DNA of 64,000 nucleotides from Nageia nagi (GCA_050084985.1 JBITNC010000001.1:58776001-58840000), one strand, 5' to 3'. Positions 24,889 through 39,719 are shown, numbered from the stretch's first letter. Notes: generated from the sequence alone by a model not told the origin. Made by a program: numbers and translations.

Positions 24889-27081
24889 CTACTTTGGAAA
24901 TCGGTAAACTCCAATTCGAGGTCGGACTTCGGAGCCCAGCACCATATTTCTGAGATTGCCCCATCCAGCAATGAGAGAGATTGTCCCACCAAATCCAATC
25001 CCCAGTCCCAGTGCAAGACCAATCACTGAGATGCTTTCATCCACACTCCTCCACACCGACCACCTTGACGACTCCCAATATGAGGCTTTGCTGATTTGTT
25101 GTCGTTTTTCTCGCATTTGGGTAAAGGGGATCCGCGTAGACCCGTATTGTCCTCGAATGCGCTCTTATGGAAGGTGCCAATTTGAGTTCCAGTGGGTATG
25201 GGTCCATAAAGCCTGTTTGACGAAACATCCAGGTACGCCAACTTCGACAAGCTAGAAAGCTCGTCGGGAATGCGCTCTGTCAGCTTATTGTGAGACAAGT
25301 CCAACTGCTCCAGAGTTGATATCTGCCCAATGGATATCGGTATCTTTCCTTCAAATCCGTTTCTAGATAGATTTAGTAAGCGCAGGCTACTAAGGTTCCC
25401 TATGCTTGCCGGTATTTCACCTGTGAGATTATTGCTTGACAAGTCGAGTATGGTATTTGCCTGCAATACATAGTCTATTCTGTACTCCTGATTTTTGATT
25501 ACTACTATAATTTCTTCGTAGAGGGTCCTGCCAGTCACTTGGGGATTTCCAAGGGTTCCAAACCCGAGAAGAGGCTCCAGATGATAGGGTATTCTTCCCC
25601 ATAATCTATTGTTGGACAAATCCAGCACTTGCAGCTGGGTGAGGTTGGTAATCCACGGAGGAATATTGCCTTGGAGCATATTGCACCCTACACTTAAAAC
25701 TCTTAAATGTTGAAAATGTGCCAAATAAGGAGAACCTGTCAATCTATTACTTCTCAAATCCAAAAGGCGGACCTTCGTACAGTCTGACAAGGATTCAGGC
25801 AGAGTCCCAGACAAATGGTTAGAAGGAACAGAAAGAAAATCCAAAGAAGAAGAAAATCCTACTTCTTCAAGACTTCCATTGAATGAATTACTGGACAGCT
25901 TTAACCTGTTTAGAAATCTACATTTGCTGAGGGAAGCTGGAATGCTTCCTCTCAGTTTGTTATCTGCCAGGTCCAAATACTGCAACGAGGCCAAACAGCC
26001 TATGGTTTCTGGAATACTGCCGGACAAATTGTTACCATTAAGTACCAATTTCTCAAGCTTTGTCAAGTTACCTATGCTTTCCGGTATGGTACCGGTTAGC
26101 CTGTTTCTGTATAAACCTAAAACCTTTGACTTTGTGATGTTTCCAATATCCTTGGGAATGGTTCCAGTCAAATTGTTTGCTCCAGGATCTATGAAGATTA
26201 GCTCTGTCAGCTTTGCAATATCCTTTGGAATAATGCCTCATAAAAAAGTGTAGTTTCTGAAGCTTGGTCAAATTAGCTATACTCTCCGGTATGGTACCCC
26301 TTAACCTGTTTGTGCCAAAATGCAAATCAGTTAACTCTGTCAGCTTTCCAATATCCTTGGGAATGGTTCCAGTAAAATTGTTATAGCCCAGAACCAGAGT
26401 TACCAAAGACGTGCACTTGCTCAGAGAAGTGGGAATGCTACCAATCAAATTATTGTACTGCAAGTTGAGATGCTCTAACTCTTGCAGCCGACCAAATTCC
26501 GGTGGTATGCTCCCACTCAAGTTGTTGACTGCAAGTCTAATCTACTCAAGATGACTGCAATTAGACAGAGACTCAGAAAATATGACCAGTAAGACGGTTA
26601 TTTCCGAGGTCTAGCACTCTCAATGCTTTGAGCTGTCCCAGCTGTGGCGGAATATTTCCTCTGAAATTATTGTGGGACAGATTCAGAGTGTGCAGTAAGG
26701 AAAGATCTCCCAAGCACGGAGAAATCGTACCTTCCAGTTGGAGATCGTAGAGGAAGATGGCAACCACTCTTTTAGTATGTTTTCTGCACCAAACGCCTTT
26801 CCACGAGCACACTTCCTCTGAATTGTTTTGCAGTCCAACTGGAGAGCGCTTGCTGTGGATCTGATATAATGGCGTTTCGGAAGGACAGGAGAGCTCCAAT
26901 ATCCCTCATATGACCACAACTGTCGTTTGCAAGCAGCATACCATCATTCTGGACGGAAAATTTTTCTCCCAGCAATGCCCATGCAAATATTTGTTGTCAG
27001 CAGCGTTGTTTTCAGTTTTGCAAATGCCATAGCCAAAGCTAAGCCCAGCAATCTCTTCATCATTATTAACACAGCACCCAT
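24889..27081 (-). pseudogene. LRR receptor-like protein (RLP, no kinase); intronless, disrupted by several frameshifts and a stop
   Basis: ATG at 27081 with a hydrophobic leader; LRRNT (ALLSFRNAIISDP..LSSW / CSWKGVWC); many LxxLxLxxNxLxGxIP repeats; island plus four final LRRs; TM segment IGLALGLGIGFGGTISLIAGW; cytosolic tail GVYRFPK*. The pieces lie in at least five different ORFs/frames, with an in-frame TAG near 26543. Confidence 0.9.
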
Positions 27082-28794
27082 TACCCTCCTTTCGATTTCC
27101 ACCTATTAGAACTCAAAACATGCGGAGAAGCGCTGTACTGCAACCATTAAAATTAATGGACATGTCTTAGTTTCATAAGTGATTGCAAATCATTTACTTT
27201 TGATTGAAGTTTTCGTTATTTTTGGTTCAATTTATTACATGGATTGGTGAAATTATCTACATAAAATAAAATGTAGACTAAAGATGACAGAAATGAAAGG
27301 TTTATTTTTTATTTTTATTTAATTCTTTTTAATTATAATTGTGGATTTACTACAAACTTCAACATTTGTTAGTTATCAGATATTAATATTAGTAAAATGG
27401 TAAATTTAAATATTTATAATTTGACGTTAAATAATAATAGGTTTTGATCAATTTTTTAAATTGCATTTTATATTTAATAGTAAGTTTATAATATTAATAG
27501 TATTCCAATTAACATTTGATCTGCCTGGAGTCAATTTTTGTCTTGAAATCTCTTGTTAAGTACTTACAGAGTAGCATGGCAATAGTATGTTTCTAAAGTC
27601 GAAGGATGCTTCTGTAATGAAGGAAGTAAGAAAGAATATTAATGTTCACATATAATCAAAAGTGGTCAATAGGAACTGCTATTTGTTGTAAATTAGCTAT
27701 ATTTTCATGACATTCTCAACACGCAAGCAGTTCCCACATTGTCCTCTCTGTCATTGAGTAAAGGAGAAGACATTTCTATTAATTTCTTCTTCTGTTAATA
27801 CGGCATGGAGATATATTTTGATGAAAGGTAGACAAGTTTTGTTGGTTGGTTTGATACGTTTGTTACACTTCACTTGACAGATTTGAATGTTTCGTAATAG
27901 TTTTCACAGATACTTATTGACAAAATAAATAATTGTACCGCAAGAATGATAAGCTTAACATGTCATTCAATATGATATGATAAATAGAGTGCCAGGATTT
28001 TATAGGATGAAAAACTTTTTAAGTGTAAATACTTTAAGCTACTCATTTTGCCGTTTTACTCATCAATTTCAAATTAATATTTACTGCTTTGATATAATCT
28101 ATTATATATAAAAAAATGTGGAGAGATATTATTTTCAAATAATTTAGAAATTATTTTAAAAAATTATTGTATTATCAATAATATAGATTATAATTTATTT
28201 TGTTATTGATAGTATAATAATTTAGAAATTAGTGTTTACAACATATACATTTAAATATATTTATTTGAATACACAATGGATGTATTTAAAACAATGAATG
28301 CATTGTATAATATGAAGAGTAATAATTTAATTACATATTTAAAATACGAATGCATTGTATAATTTAAGAGTAACATATGGAAATCATTTAATATTTATAT
28401 ATGAAAATTATATACAACTAATATAGTTATGTTAGCATATTATTAAATTTATATTGGTATATTATTAAATTTATATTTAAAATAATTAATAAAGTTTGTT
28501 GTTGATGATGGATATACAAATGAAGGGACATTTTGGCTCCATCGCCTCGGTTTTCATGTAAAAATGCCTTTGGGCGTAATTAGTATTATTTTTATATTAT
28601 TTTGCTACGTGTTTGTAGAGTTTTGCTAATATCATTATTTGATAATAGATTTTTTTAATAAATAAATAGATAAAATTATTGTTCATGTTTTCAAGATAAC
28701 TTTTACTTTTTTAATTCCAATGATTAAAAGGTTTTAAAGAATGAAAAATTATGAGAATAATGATAAAACTATGATAGATAAGAAAATAAAAAGT

Positions 28795-29022
28795 TAGTTC
28801 ATCTATGTTACAGTTGTTGTAGAAATTTTGGGAATATTTCTAAGTGAGGTCAAGGTTCAAATCCTTTCTTTAATAAATGGAGTACATTCAAAACTCCTAA
28901 AGAAACTTGCATGTGTGGTTTAGATCAAGTACAAATCATGAGTGATCTTTGACAGAAAGACACCCCCAATCATGGCTTCTTAGGCCAAGTTGATCTTGCA
29001 AGGGGTTTTTCACTAAAAAAAA
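28795..29022 (+). mobile_element. Possible degenerate tRNA-derived SINE
   Basis: B-box GGTTCAAATCC at ~28853-28863, a weak A-box-like sequence ~45 nt upstream, and an A8 tail at ~29015. No convincing TSD. Confidence 0.3.
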
Positions 29023-30599
29023 GGAAATGAAAAATTATAAATATGAAAATATAGGTTTACCTTTAAAATTTCAACATGAAAAGGATCGAATAGAAACCCC
29101 AATACAATTTAAATATCTTGCATAACATCCAAAAATATTTTATAAGTTTCTTTTGGCCAATAGTTAAAATATCATTTCATTATTTTGGGATACGAGATTA
29201 CTAAACAAACCTACCTTTGTTGGAACAACAAGTCTCTTTCTTACACATAAGGCCCACCCTTACTACCACTAGTTGTGCAACAAATATTTCCTCATCATCT
29301 TCTTTTGTAAAATCAAACTACTTTAAAAATAGACTTTAGGAATATTTGTTTCTATCACTTGTACTTCCTATTTAATTGTGGAAGTATCTTCAATCCATTC
29401 AAAATTTTGAAATACTTAAAAATGATATTTGACTAAAGCATACTAAAATTTTCTCTAAAGTATATTATAATTTAATTTAAATTATATTATGATTTTAACA
29501 ACATTATTTTCCCTTGATGAATATTTTGGGACATATTTCCTTTTTTATCATTACCTTATTTATGCTTTATAGCTTGTATTTTACAACCTTGAATTCCATT
29601 TTCCTAAACTTACTCACTCCAACCTATTTCTCCTAATATATTATATTTTATTTTAGTTTAACCATATATTTAGTATAACATGCTATAGTAGGATGTAGAG
29701 ATATTGGAACTATGGATGCATCTTAGAATATAAAAATTTCATTTTGGTTGTCATATCCCCATTTTCAAAATTTAGGTATACATCAAAATTTTCAAGATCA
29801 TTATGTCCATAATGATGTTGATTTATATTTTCATGGTATAATCATATGATTATGCTATATATTTAGATTAGAAATTTATTTTTTGATAGGCATAATATTA
29901 TTTTTAATTATATTATGTATGTCAAATAATTAGAATTAATCCATTATCACATTTTCTAGCCATTTCTTTTTTTTTTCAAATATTCAATTACAATAAATCA
30001 TCACCTTTTTTAGTTAATCCCATTTTGACTTTATTTTTACTCACCATTTTTTAAATACCTTCTTATTATTATCAGTTATATCATAAAATATTATTCAAAT
30101 ACCTTAATTACAAATAATATTTTAGTCACTTCATTCCTTTATGTTGTTTCTCATCAATACTTCTATATTTTTTCTTCACATACTTGAGAGAAGCCTTTTC
30201 ATATAATTTCAAAGTATCTTTTTCAACAAGATGACTCAATTTCAAATGCATTCCATCTCAGTTCTTAGGGATGATCTATCTTAGTTAACTATCCAAGTGA
30301 AGATTAGTCCTCTTAGTGCTTCTCTTGAGGTACATGTTACCAAGATCCACCATGAGCTTAAAATTATTGAGTTATATGAAGCCAAAGGAGCATAGATAAA
30401 ATCTAACTTCACTAGTTGAAGATTTGGGATAAAGTCACTAAGGAAATCTTTTAAATTCTTTGAAACCCTCACATTAGTCTACTCAATTGAAATCCATTAA
30501 AGAAACTGGGATTAAACTTCCATGTTTAAGATTTCTAAAGCTTCCACCGAATATTATATCCAAGTGTTCATTACCTGAGCTAATACTACATAGAGGGAA

Positions 30600-31375
30600 C
30601 AATCCTTTCAAACTTATTTATTGGTAATACATATTAAAGTGTCTTATTCTCTAGGATAAGGGTGTGACAAACTCCTATCTATTGATGATTTGATGCTCTC
30701 TTCTAGATGGTGAATGGAAAACCATCAAGTTTATATGGGTTCTTGTTTGAAGTTTACAAAGCATGCTAGGAATGTTTTATCTCTAATCATCACAAGGTCT
30801 ATCTTAAAGCCTTAAAAATTTGTTGTTTGGGATCAATTATTAATAAGGATAATATCAAGTTTATTCCTAAGCAAGGTTACCCTAAGATTATTATGAATTG
30901 GATACCTATCACTCTTTGGAATATACACTACAAGATAATTTCTAAATATCTAACTATGTGGCTTGTACCCTTATTATCACTAATTATCAAACCTAAAAAA
31001 ATAAATTTTATTCAAAGTAGATATATTCTTGGTAATATCTTGGCAGTTTGGAAAGGCATGAGTTTGAAAACAACATGCTCTCTTTATAAAGATTGATTTT
31101 GAAAAAGCTTATGATCCATGAATGGTTTTTTATTTTATTCATGCTTCAAGCTTTAGGATTTGGATGTCAATTTATCTAATATATATGAATGGTATTTTAT
31201 ACTTTAGTTATGTTATATCTTAATAATTTTGAAACTGAAGAAATTGGGCTAGATATATCTATCATAAAAAGTTTTCCCTTGACAACTTATATATATAATA
31301 TATATATATATATTATATATATATATATATAGGAAATAGACTCCTTTAGGCATTTACTGGCAAATAAAGATTCTA
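30600..31375 (+). mobile_element. Degenerate L1-type LINE reverse-transcriptase fragment, interrupted by a (TA)n tract at ~31288-31330
   Basis: IINKDNIKFIPK..PKIIMNWIPITLWNIHYKIISK, FIQSRYILGNI, KIDFEKAYD and FILFMLQALGFG motifs. Confidence 0.8.
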
Positions 31376-32372
31376 CTAGTATTTAGCCCAAATAATGTAA
31401 GTTGACTCAAGAGGTATGTAACTCAAAGTGAAACTAGAAAATCCTATCCTAATTCATTTGATCACTTACATACTTGTGATTTTCTCTCTCACATTATTGC
31501 TCCAAGAATATTGCTAGGGTTTTGAGACAAGGTTTGAAGGATTCAATGCTTTTACCACAAATCTCCATCAAATCTCTTAGAGCTTGCTTCCACACTCATG
31601 AGGTAAAATTTCTATAGTGTTTCTATGGTTGAATTAAATTATTATTAGATGTATTCAAGCTTTTTGTAGGGAATTGAATGAAATTCAACCATGGGAGAGC
31701 TTGGGAAGACCTCCCTTTTGTATCCTTAGTAAAATTATTTACATGTAGTGTGTTGTTTAGGTTAAAATCATATTATCTTGCATTTACACAATTAAAATCA
31801 TTATTTGAACTCATAATAGGTTAAAAACATATTGTGAACATCCATTATATCTCATGGGTATCCTTGTATCTAATTGATTTAAGGATCTTTAAAGATATTA
31901 TTCATTTCAAGCATTTAAAGTTCTCAAGATTTTCAAGTGTTGGATCTTATTTTTAGCCACAAAAACATGTAAAGATTACCTCCATAGTTTAAATACACAT
32001 AGAAATTATTCAAACATCATATAGACACAAGCATTTGCACAAAAAAGCATATATATTTTATTTGTTGTCAATGATTTGAGGGATTGGAGGCTCACATACC
32101 ATTTGCAATGAGGAGACTCACTCCATGCTTCCTTAGGTGCATCAAAGGGCTTAATTTTGGAATTCCTCCTTCTCATTTAGATGTATTTAGGGTTTATTGA
32201 TATTCTTGTAAAGTTTCAATTTATTATTTGAATATTTAAACATACCTTTATCAAGTTTTCTACCTAATGCTCATTAACTAAAGCAGAGTTTTGTAATTTG
32301 GGGTTTATATGTGCATTTGACTTATTCATGCATCTTAGATCATATATAGCATAAATTTCAACCTACATTAAA

Positions 32373-32390
32373 TGGTGAACCCAATGTGAA
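32373..32390 (+). promoter_or_regulatory. Primer-binding site complementary to the 3' end of tRNA-Trp
   Basis: TGGTGAACCCAATGTGAA versus TGGTGAACCCGACGTGAA (reverse complement of the plant cytosolic tRNA-Trp 3' end, recalled from memory): 16/18 match, both mismatches are CpG transitions. Located 5 nt after the LTR CA. Confidence 0.75.
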
Positions 32391-35300
32391 CCAGCCAAGA
32401 CCTTCGAATTTGGTGTTTTCCTTACCTTACCCTTGAATTTTCAAATTTTACTTGTATTTTTAGTTTCTTGATTTTCATCCACCTAAGTGGAAAAAACATG
32501 TAAAGTCTATGGAATTTATGATAAATTTTGAATGAGATTTTGATAGGATAGTATAAGGAGAGTGGCAGATTAGATATGAGATTTGAAGCTTTGATCTATT
32601 AGTTTTTTCCTAGATGCAGTCCAAAAATAGTCGCATCATGCCTAGAAATAGAGGGAAAAAGTTGTAAAAGAGTTTCAAAGAGTTTTTAGAGCCCAAAAAG
32701 CACTTCAAGCAAAGCACATCATGCCCCATAAATAGGCAATTTTGATATTTGCACTCAATATTAGGTGCACTGAGCCCCTTAATGGAGGTCTTATTTTCTC
32801 AAAAAATTCATAAATAAGATGCGATTAAGATCATGCCTAGAAATAAAGACCACATTTTTGGGTCAAATCTTAGTCAAGATGTGGTTCAAACTATGCCTAA
32901 GACCAATGTGTATTAACTTTTTATTTTTTGTAAAAACTTTGTAATAGGGTGAAGTTTTTTAGTTTGTCATAGCCAAACATAGTTGTGTAACATTGTAGGG
33001 GATGTGTTTACACTCATGATAGAATTTGCATCCATTGTTGCTTTTCTTTTTGTAATTTTTACCTTGGGGATTAGCTTTAGTTTATTTAAATATCTCTCAT
33101 TTGGGAGGAACTTGTAACCTACTTAGCTTTACACCTAGAGTAGAAGGAAACATTTATGTCCAAGTAAGAATTTGAATTCCTTTTTGTACCTAATTCATAT
33201 TGTTTCATTTCTTGGTGCATCATAGGATTGCCTTCTTTTGAGTTATCTAGTATCAAAATTGCGTTCATCCTTGCAGGTATTGTTACATACACAAGAAATT
33301 TACTTTAGGTTTAAAACTCATGTCTTGGATTAAGGTTTTATTTGTTTGTTAGGAACTTTCTTTCTCTTTGTTGAGTGCATAAAAAATCATTCCTTTACTT
33401 CATTTCATTTCGAAAGAAAAAAGTTATTGGAAAGAGCATACTTGGGAAGGGATTGTAAATATATGTTGAGGGATTAGTGTGCACTTTATATTAATTACAT
33501 CTCATATTTTCTTTTTGAACTAAATTCCATCACAATTCTAGGGAGGTCCTAGGGCATGTGGACTTGATTACCACATACTAACCCATACTTGGAGATAAAA
33601 ACCAAAGTGGGAACCCCCATCCATTCAGGATATCTTCCTATGGAGAGTACTAAAGAACCCTTGCAAAATGATCTACACCCCTAGAAGATTGATCATTTTC
33701 CTTGATAAATGCTTGAATAGAATCATTTTGTCTAGGGAAACTTAATAAATGTTGTGTCAAAAATAATAAGTGCATTAAAAGCTATCAAAACTAAAAAGAT
33801 AAACATTAAAATGAACAAGCAAAAGACTAGAGAAACTAAGCAAAAATCGCTATCTATAATCATTACTATATTTATATAGTTCTTGCATTATCATCCTAAG
33901 TGTTTGTTTTAATATTGCACCAAACTAAACAATAATAAATTTTGAAAAATCCCATAAGTTCTTTGTTTGGTGTTTGTTTCATTCTTGTTTGTACTTTCAC
34001 TTCCATTTTACTCATAACTTGTAAAAGTTTTGCATTATGGTTGTGTGATAATGGAGCCTGATCTATCTGAGGATATAGTATGGTATGAGGATTACTTTGT
34101 GAGAATAGTTGAAATAAGAGCTCAAAGGAAAAATAAAGAGTAAAGTGAGGTAAAAGATGAGCCAACAAACAGTGTGGACAATCAGTCCATTGGGTTTTAT
34201 AAGGCTCTTCAAACCTTTCAACGTCTTACACTCAATCAAATGGAAAGAGTGATGAAGAAAGTTCATAACTCATGTGTTCATACACCATAAGCTTCTCCAA
34301 AAGTTTTTGGAATGCCAAGAGATATGCCAATTTGGTCCAATAATTACAATAGTACCATAATGAATGGGAGTGTACCTCAAGCTGCTATTGGTGCATCTCT
34401 ATTCCCTTCCAAAATTAATAAAAAAAGATCCTAATGAAAGAAATTGGTACCAAGAGATGATGGATAACATTAAAAACAATATTCCTCAACCAACCATCTC
34501 ACAAAGTGACCTTAATCCACCTTAAACACCAATTGCATAAAATGTTGGTCAAGGTTGGATTCCACTTCAAGAATGTAATCTATATACCAACAAAGATACC
34601 ATATTTAAAACCTCTAAACTATCCAAAAAACCTATGGTTGTGGAGAATTTACAACCCAATATTGACTTACTTAATTTTCAAATGAATATCCAATAATCAA
34701 ACAAAAGGTTATCACAAGAAAAACCCATCATTCCTCAACCTCCACCTAAATTTGAACAACATACTTTCAAAACATAATACCCAACTTCCAAAATATTGTT
34801 CAACATAATACACTTCATCCATTTTAAAAGGAAATGAACTCTAATAAATCCAATTCTTCCCAAAACATTACCTTCCAAAATTCACCAAATATCCAAAACA
34901 CTAATGCCAATAATTTTCAAATTCCATAAAAGTAAGTATCTTGGAACATAAATCCACAAGGCTAAAACCTCAATGTTGATCAATTTAACCAAGCCAATCT
35001 TGATGATTGGATGGCCTTGACCAACCTTTTCATTTTCAAACTCCCCGATTCCAAAATACCCAAAGTGGGCCAAACCAAGGTATAACTTATTTCCAAAATA
35101 TTCTATTCCAAAATACTTCCAACCATAACAAGAAAAAACTCCATGGAGCTCAAAATTCCACTCAAAATACTATCTAACAAAATACCCAACAAGGTTCCTG
35201 AATTCCATCCATGGAAGAGATGTAACAATTGATTGGGCACATGCAAAACCTTATGTACCAAAAATAGATGGTTGATTTAGAGGCAAGTCAAAATTAGAAT

Positions 35301-35616
35301 ATTTTACAAGGTACACAAAAAGGAAAAGGTCATGGTATGCAATAGAATAGTGGTCAAAATATGAAACAAAGTTATGGTTTCAATACTCAATTTCAACCTC
35401 ATGATCAATAATGGTTTTATAATCAAAATCATGGGCATAACACATAAGGACCATATTGGGTTAAACAAGGCACATTATATAACCCCAATGCACATTCGTT
35501 TGAGAGGAAAGTGAGTATGTTCAATAAACCAAATCAGTCTTATGGTGGATCAAATCCACCCTGATGGATTGAATTCACCTTATGGAGTACCTAATGTGCA
35601 TAATAAAAGCTAAATT

Positions 35617-37620
35617 ATGATAAGGTTGCAAGAGTTAGAGGCTACAATAAATAATCTAGGATTATCTAAAGTCAACTATGAGGAGACATGCAATGAGCCT
35701 ATAAATCCTTATATTCCCATGAGTACTTACCCCAAGAAGTTAGAGATGCCTAAAATAGATAAGTTCAAGAGTAAAGAGGATCCAAAGGAGTATTTGAGGC
35801 ACTTAAAACATTCTTGTTATTTGATTGCAAATGATAATGCTATCTTATTGAGAAATTTTCCTATGACTCTTGGGGGATAAGATATGAATTAGTACAATTC
35901 ATTATCACAACATAGACTGTATACATTTAAGAAACTTGCAAATCTCTTTCTTGAACACTTGTCTATCAATATCAATAAAAGGGATTCCATTATAAATGTA
36001 ATGAAGTTATCTCAATTTGATCAAAAATCCATTTTTGACTATGTTACTAGGTGGCGATATTTGATTAGAGATATGAACTTCTCTTTTCCTCAAGAGGAGT
36101 TGGTGAGAATATTTAGCAAAAGTTGCATCAAGCAAGTCTCTACATATCTCGAAATACAACAACATAGGATCTTTGAGGAAGAAATTTCTCAAGCAAAGGT
36201 TATAGAGGAGGTAATGATTCAGAATGGTGAGATCAAGGTGGTAAATAAGGAAAATAATAATCATGGTTATGGATCTGATAAGAGTGGTGCTACGAATGAA
36301 GGCAAGCCATAACTCAATCAATTTATTATCCAAACACCACCACCACCTCCAATGAAAAATGTTCAACAAGATAATAAAATGAATGTACCAAGCCAATATG
36401 ACAATCAAAATTAGTCATAAGGAAGGAATTAGAATCAAGCATAGGGGTAGTCTTCTAGGTCACAGAGGAAGTTTGAGCCATTAAGGGAAGCTTTGTCCAT
36501 GATCTTCACAAAACTCAATGATGCTAAACTATTGAGATTACCAAAAGTTCAGTGGGATTCTTCTTGGGCCACTAAACCATGGTATAAAGATGATAAGTTT
36601 TGTGATTTCCATAGGGTACAAGGCCATAGTACCAACTATTGAATTTACCCAATGCAAGGTTATTCAAAGTCTCATAGATTCAAGAAAGTTAGTGCTTAAT
36701 GGTACCTCTTTGGGTCCTAATACCAACTTGCAAGTTCATCAAAATTCATTGCCTCAATGGGGTGTAAATCAAGTTAGTACCATTAGGTATTACAATTAGT
36801 ACTTGCCTATTTAGAATGTATCCTATGACTATGGAACACAACAACAATGGGTTAAGGAAGAAAAATAGGCACATGCACATATGCAATTTGTAGGGATGGT
36901 TAATGTTGCCACTAGAGCTAACTAATACAAAGACAAAGGAAAGGGCCAATAACAAACTCATGAGGATGAGGGTGGACATTAATATACCAAACCATATTCC
37001 ACCTCCTCCTCCTCCATCATAACGGGGTATTAAGGAGAATTTACAGAGTGACTTGGAGAAACAACTAAGACTTACCCCCATCAAATTTTGTCTATGGGAT
37101 CTAATCAGGAATTCTCATCAACATAGAGAGAGTTTGGATAAGATTTTATGAACTATAGAGTTGGATGCATCAAATATCAATGCTTTTATTAACTTTATTG
37201 GGAGTGTGCAAGAGAATGTGGAGCAATTCTTTCCATTCTTTCAACATGAGATCCATAATGTTGTAAATCAGAAGTGTAAGGATCCTCCCTTGCATATTAT
37301 AGCCTATGTTGATGGAACATTTTTCAAGAGGATGCTTATAGATGATGGATTAGCCATCAATGTGGTCTCTTCATCAACATTGATAAACCTTAGCCTACCT
37401 TTGTCACATCTTAAGGCCCCCACATTTATTCTATGATATTTAAATAATTAGTTATGCAACAAATTGGGTAGCATCATTTTTCCTATCTTGGTGGGATCCA
37501 AGACCATTCATGCATGCTTTCAAGTGATAGATGGAGAACAATGATATAAATTCCCACTTGGTAAGCCTTGAATTAGAGATATGGAGTGCATCCCTTCCAC
37601 ATTGATAGTTGTGTAAAATA
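35617..37620 (+). pseudogene. Degenerate gag and aspartic protease
   Basis: LEMPKIDKFKSKEDPKEYLRHL...LLRNFPMTLGG (gag); FCDFHRVQGHST zinc-knuckle-like motif at ~36600; PPLHIIAYV...KRMLIDDGLAINV (retropepsin DxG-type site). Confidence 0.82.
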
Positions 37621-39719
37621 TCTTGAGGAAGGGGTCATGCATTACATATGGATGGATGAGGAACCTTTTAGCTATTGTAACTTGGTCAAATTACCTAATT
37701 ACTCTATCCTTCCATCCACCCACATATTTCCTAGTATTATCCATATTAATCAAGATCCATTATTTTTTGTTGCTATTATTAATGAAAAATATCAAGAAGA
37801 AAAATGTGAATTGATTAATAAGCTAGTCCTAACTAAAAATGAACAAATCTCCATAAATGCATAAAAATATGATAATCTAATAAACATCTATGAGAAGCCT
37901 AAGCAAGATACCCTTGTGATACCTTCCCTTACAATTCAAGAAGAAATCTCTTTGAAGGCATGAGCAACATACCTAGATAAAAAACTTAAATAAACCAACT
38001 CCTATACATGTAAACCAAGTATAATTACTCAAATAGAGGAGAGTAATATGATAAAAGAGGACCTTCAAGTTGTAAATAAAAAATAAAAGAAAGAGAAATC
38101 CATAGATGATCTTGAGCATATCTCTCAAGTGGATGTCCAATTAAAAAATATTAGTATTGGTGAATATATCATCGATGATATTATTTTTAACATCTCCTCT
38201 CTCCATGTTGTAAGCCACTTATTTGAGTCTCCCTTAACCATTGGTGCTTTAGTACCACTTGGTCCATCGGATAACCAAACTTGCTTTATTTATGCAGGTC
38301 CATATTTTCCCTCTTACTAAGTTCTTAAGGTCTCATCAAAATAATTATTTTTAGGTAAACTCGATTATTAATCCAAATTGTACTTTATTCATCACTACTT
38401 TTCCAAGTGTAAATGGTAAAGGTTTGGCTTGGGTTGGTATAAGAAAGGCACAATTCATGTCATGCAATTACCCACTCAGGGTGATAAAGATAAACAAAGC
38501 CATAACCTAAACCCATGAGATAGAGGATGAGGTAGAGTATGAGGAACTTACCTCCCCTCATGAGGACTTAGTATGTGAAGCACACTCTTATCTAATATCT
38601 TACTATTATATTCCTCCTTATCTATTCAAACAAGTTAATAAGATTTATGTATTTATCATTTCATCCTTGTATCTTGCTTTCAATGTTTCATTTTCTTGAT
38701 TGGGGGGACTTGGTCCTTCACTTATTTTGTCTTATTTATAGTTGTCATGATCATCACAAAAATCAATCAATGTCTTGTTCTAATCTTGTCATTTGCCATT
38801 ATTACACAATGAAAGTTAGTCCTATTTGAATTTGCTTTTTTTTGATTTATATTTCCATATGAGAAGGATTTCTATGCAGGCTATACTAAGTAGCTTTAGG
38901 GGTCTCTTTTCATCTATAAATGTTTTGTTTCATTAGCTAGATCTTGACATTTACTATCGATACTTGGATAGTCTCTTGCTTTTAGTATTATTACCTTTTT
39001 TGGGGATACAAGAACCACTAGTCACTTATTCCTAATATCAATATATTAGCTTGTATTCACTTTCATGTGCTTGATTCATTTTGAATTGTATTTTCTTAAC
39101 AATTCATGAAGGTCATGGAATCGTTAGATGATACATACTTCCTAGTTCAGTTGGGGCTAGAGCTCATCTTACACATTCAAATAGAAGTTGGTTCCAAACC
39201 TATTTTCATTTATTACTTTTTCCACCTATTTTGTTTCATAGTCACATCATTTCTCATCATGGTTCAATACCATTGAATGAATTTCCTTGCATTATTTCAT
39301 AAAATGGGAGGAACAAGGTCTCATTCAATATACTAAAATAGAATTTGGTCCCAAAAATCCTATATCATACCATCATGTTTTCATGTTCATTTGAAATATT
39401 AAAACTCATTCATCTATATAAAAAATAAAATAAATCCATCATAACCATCTCAAAAGTGTAACAATAAAAATATGCATAAATCGAACCATCACATACCATA
39501 ACCATTGTAATAAAAAAATAACATAAATACATTCACCATGATTTCAAATCAACACATATAAATAAACCATCATGTATATATATATAAAGGTGGCATAAGC
39601 CATCATAAAATTTACATAAGCCATCCAAATTGCTTTGATACAAAAATATTATCTAATGACATGCACCTATATCATATGTCTAACCTAGCTTATGTAGTCT
39701 AACTAGCTAAAATATTTGT

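Noticed and set aside
27520-27670. Two W-box motifs (TTGACY, minus strand) upstream of the RLP
   Set aside because: Plausible for a defence gene, but 6-mers at this density are expected by chance.
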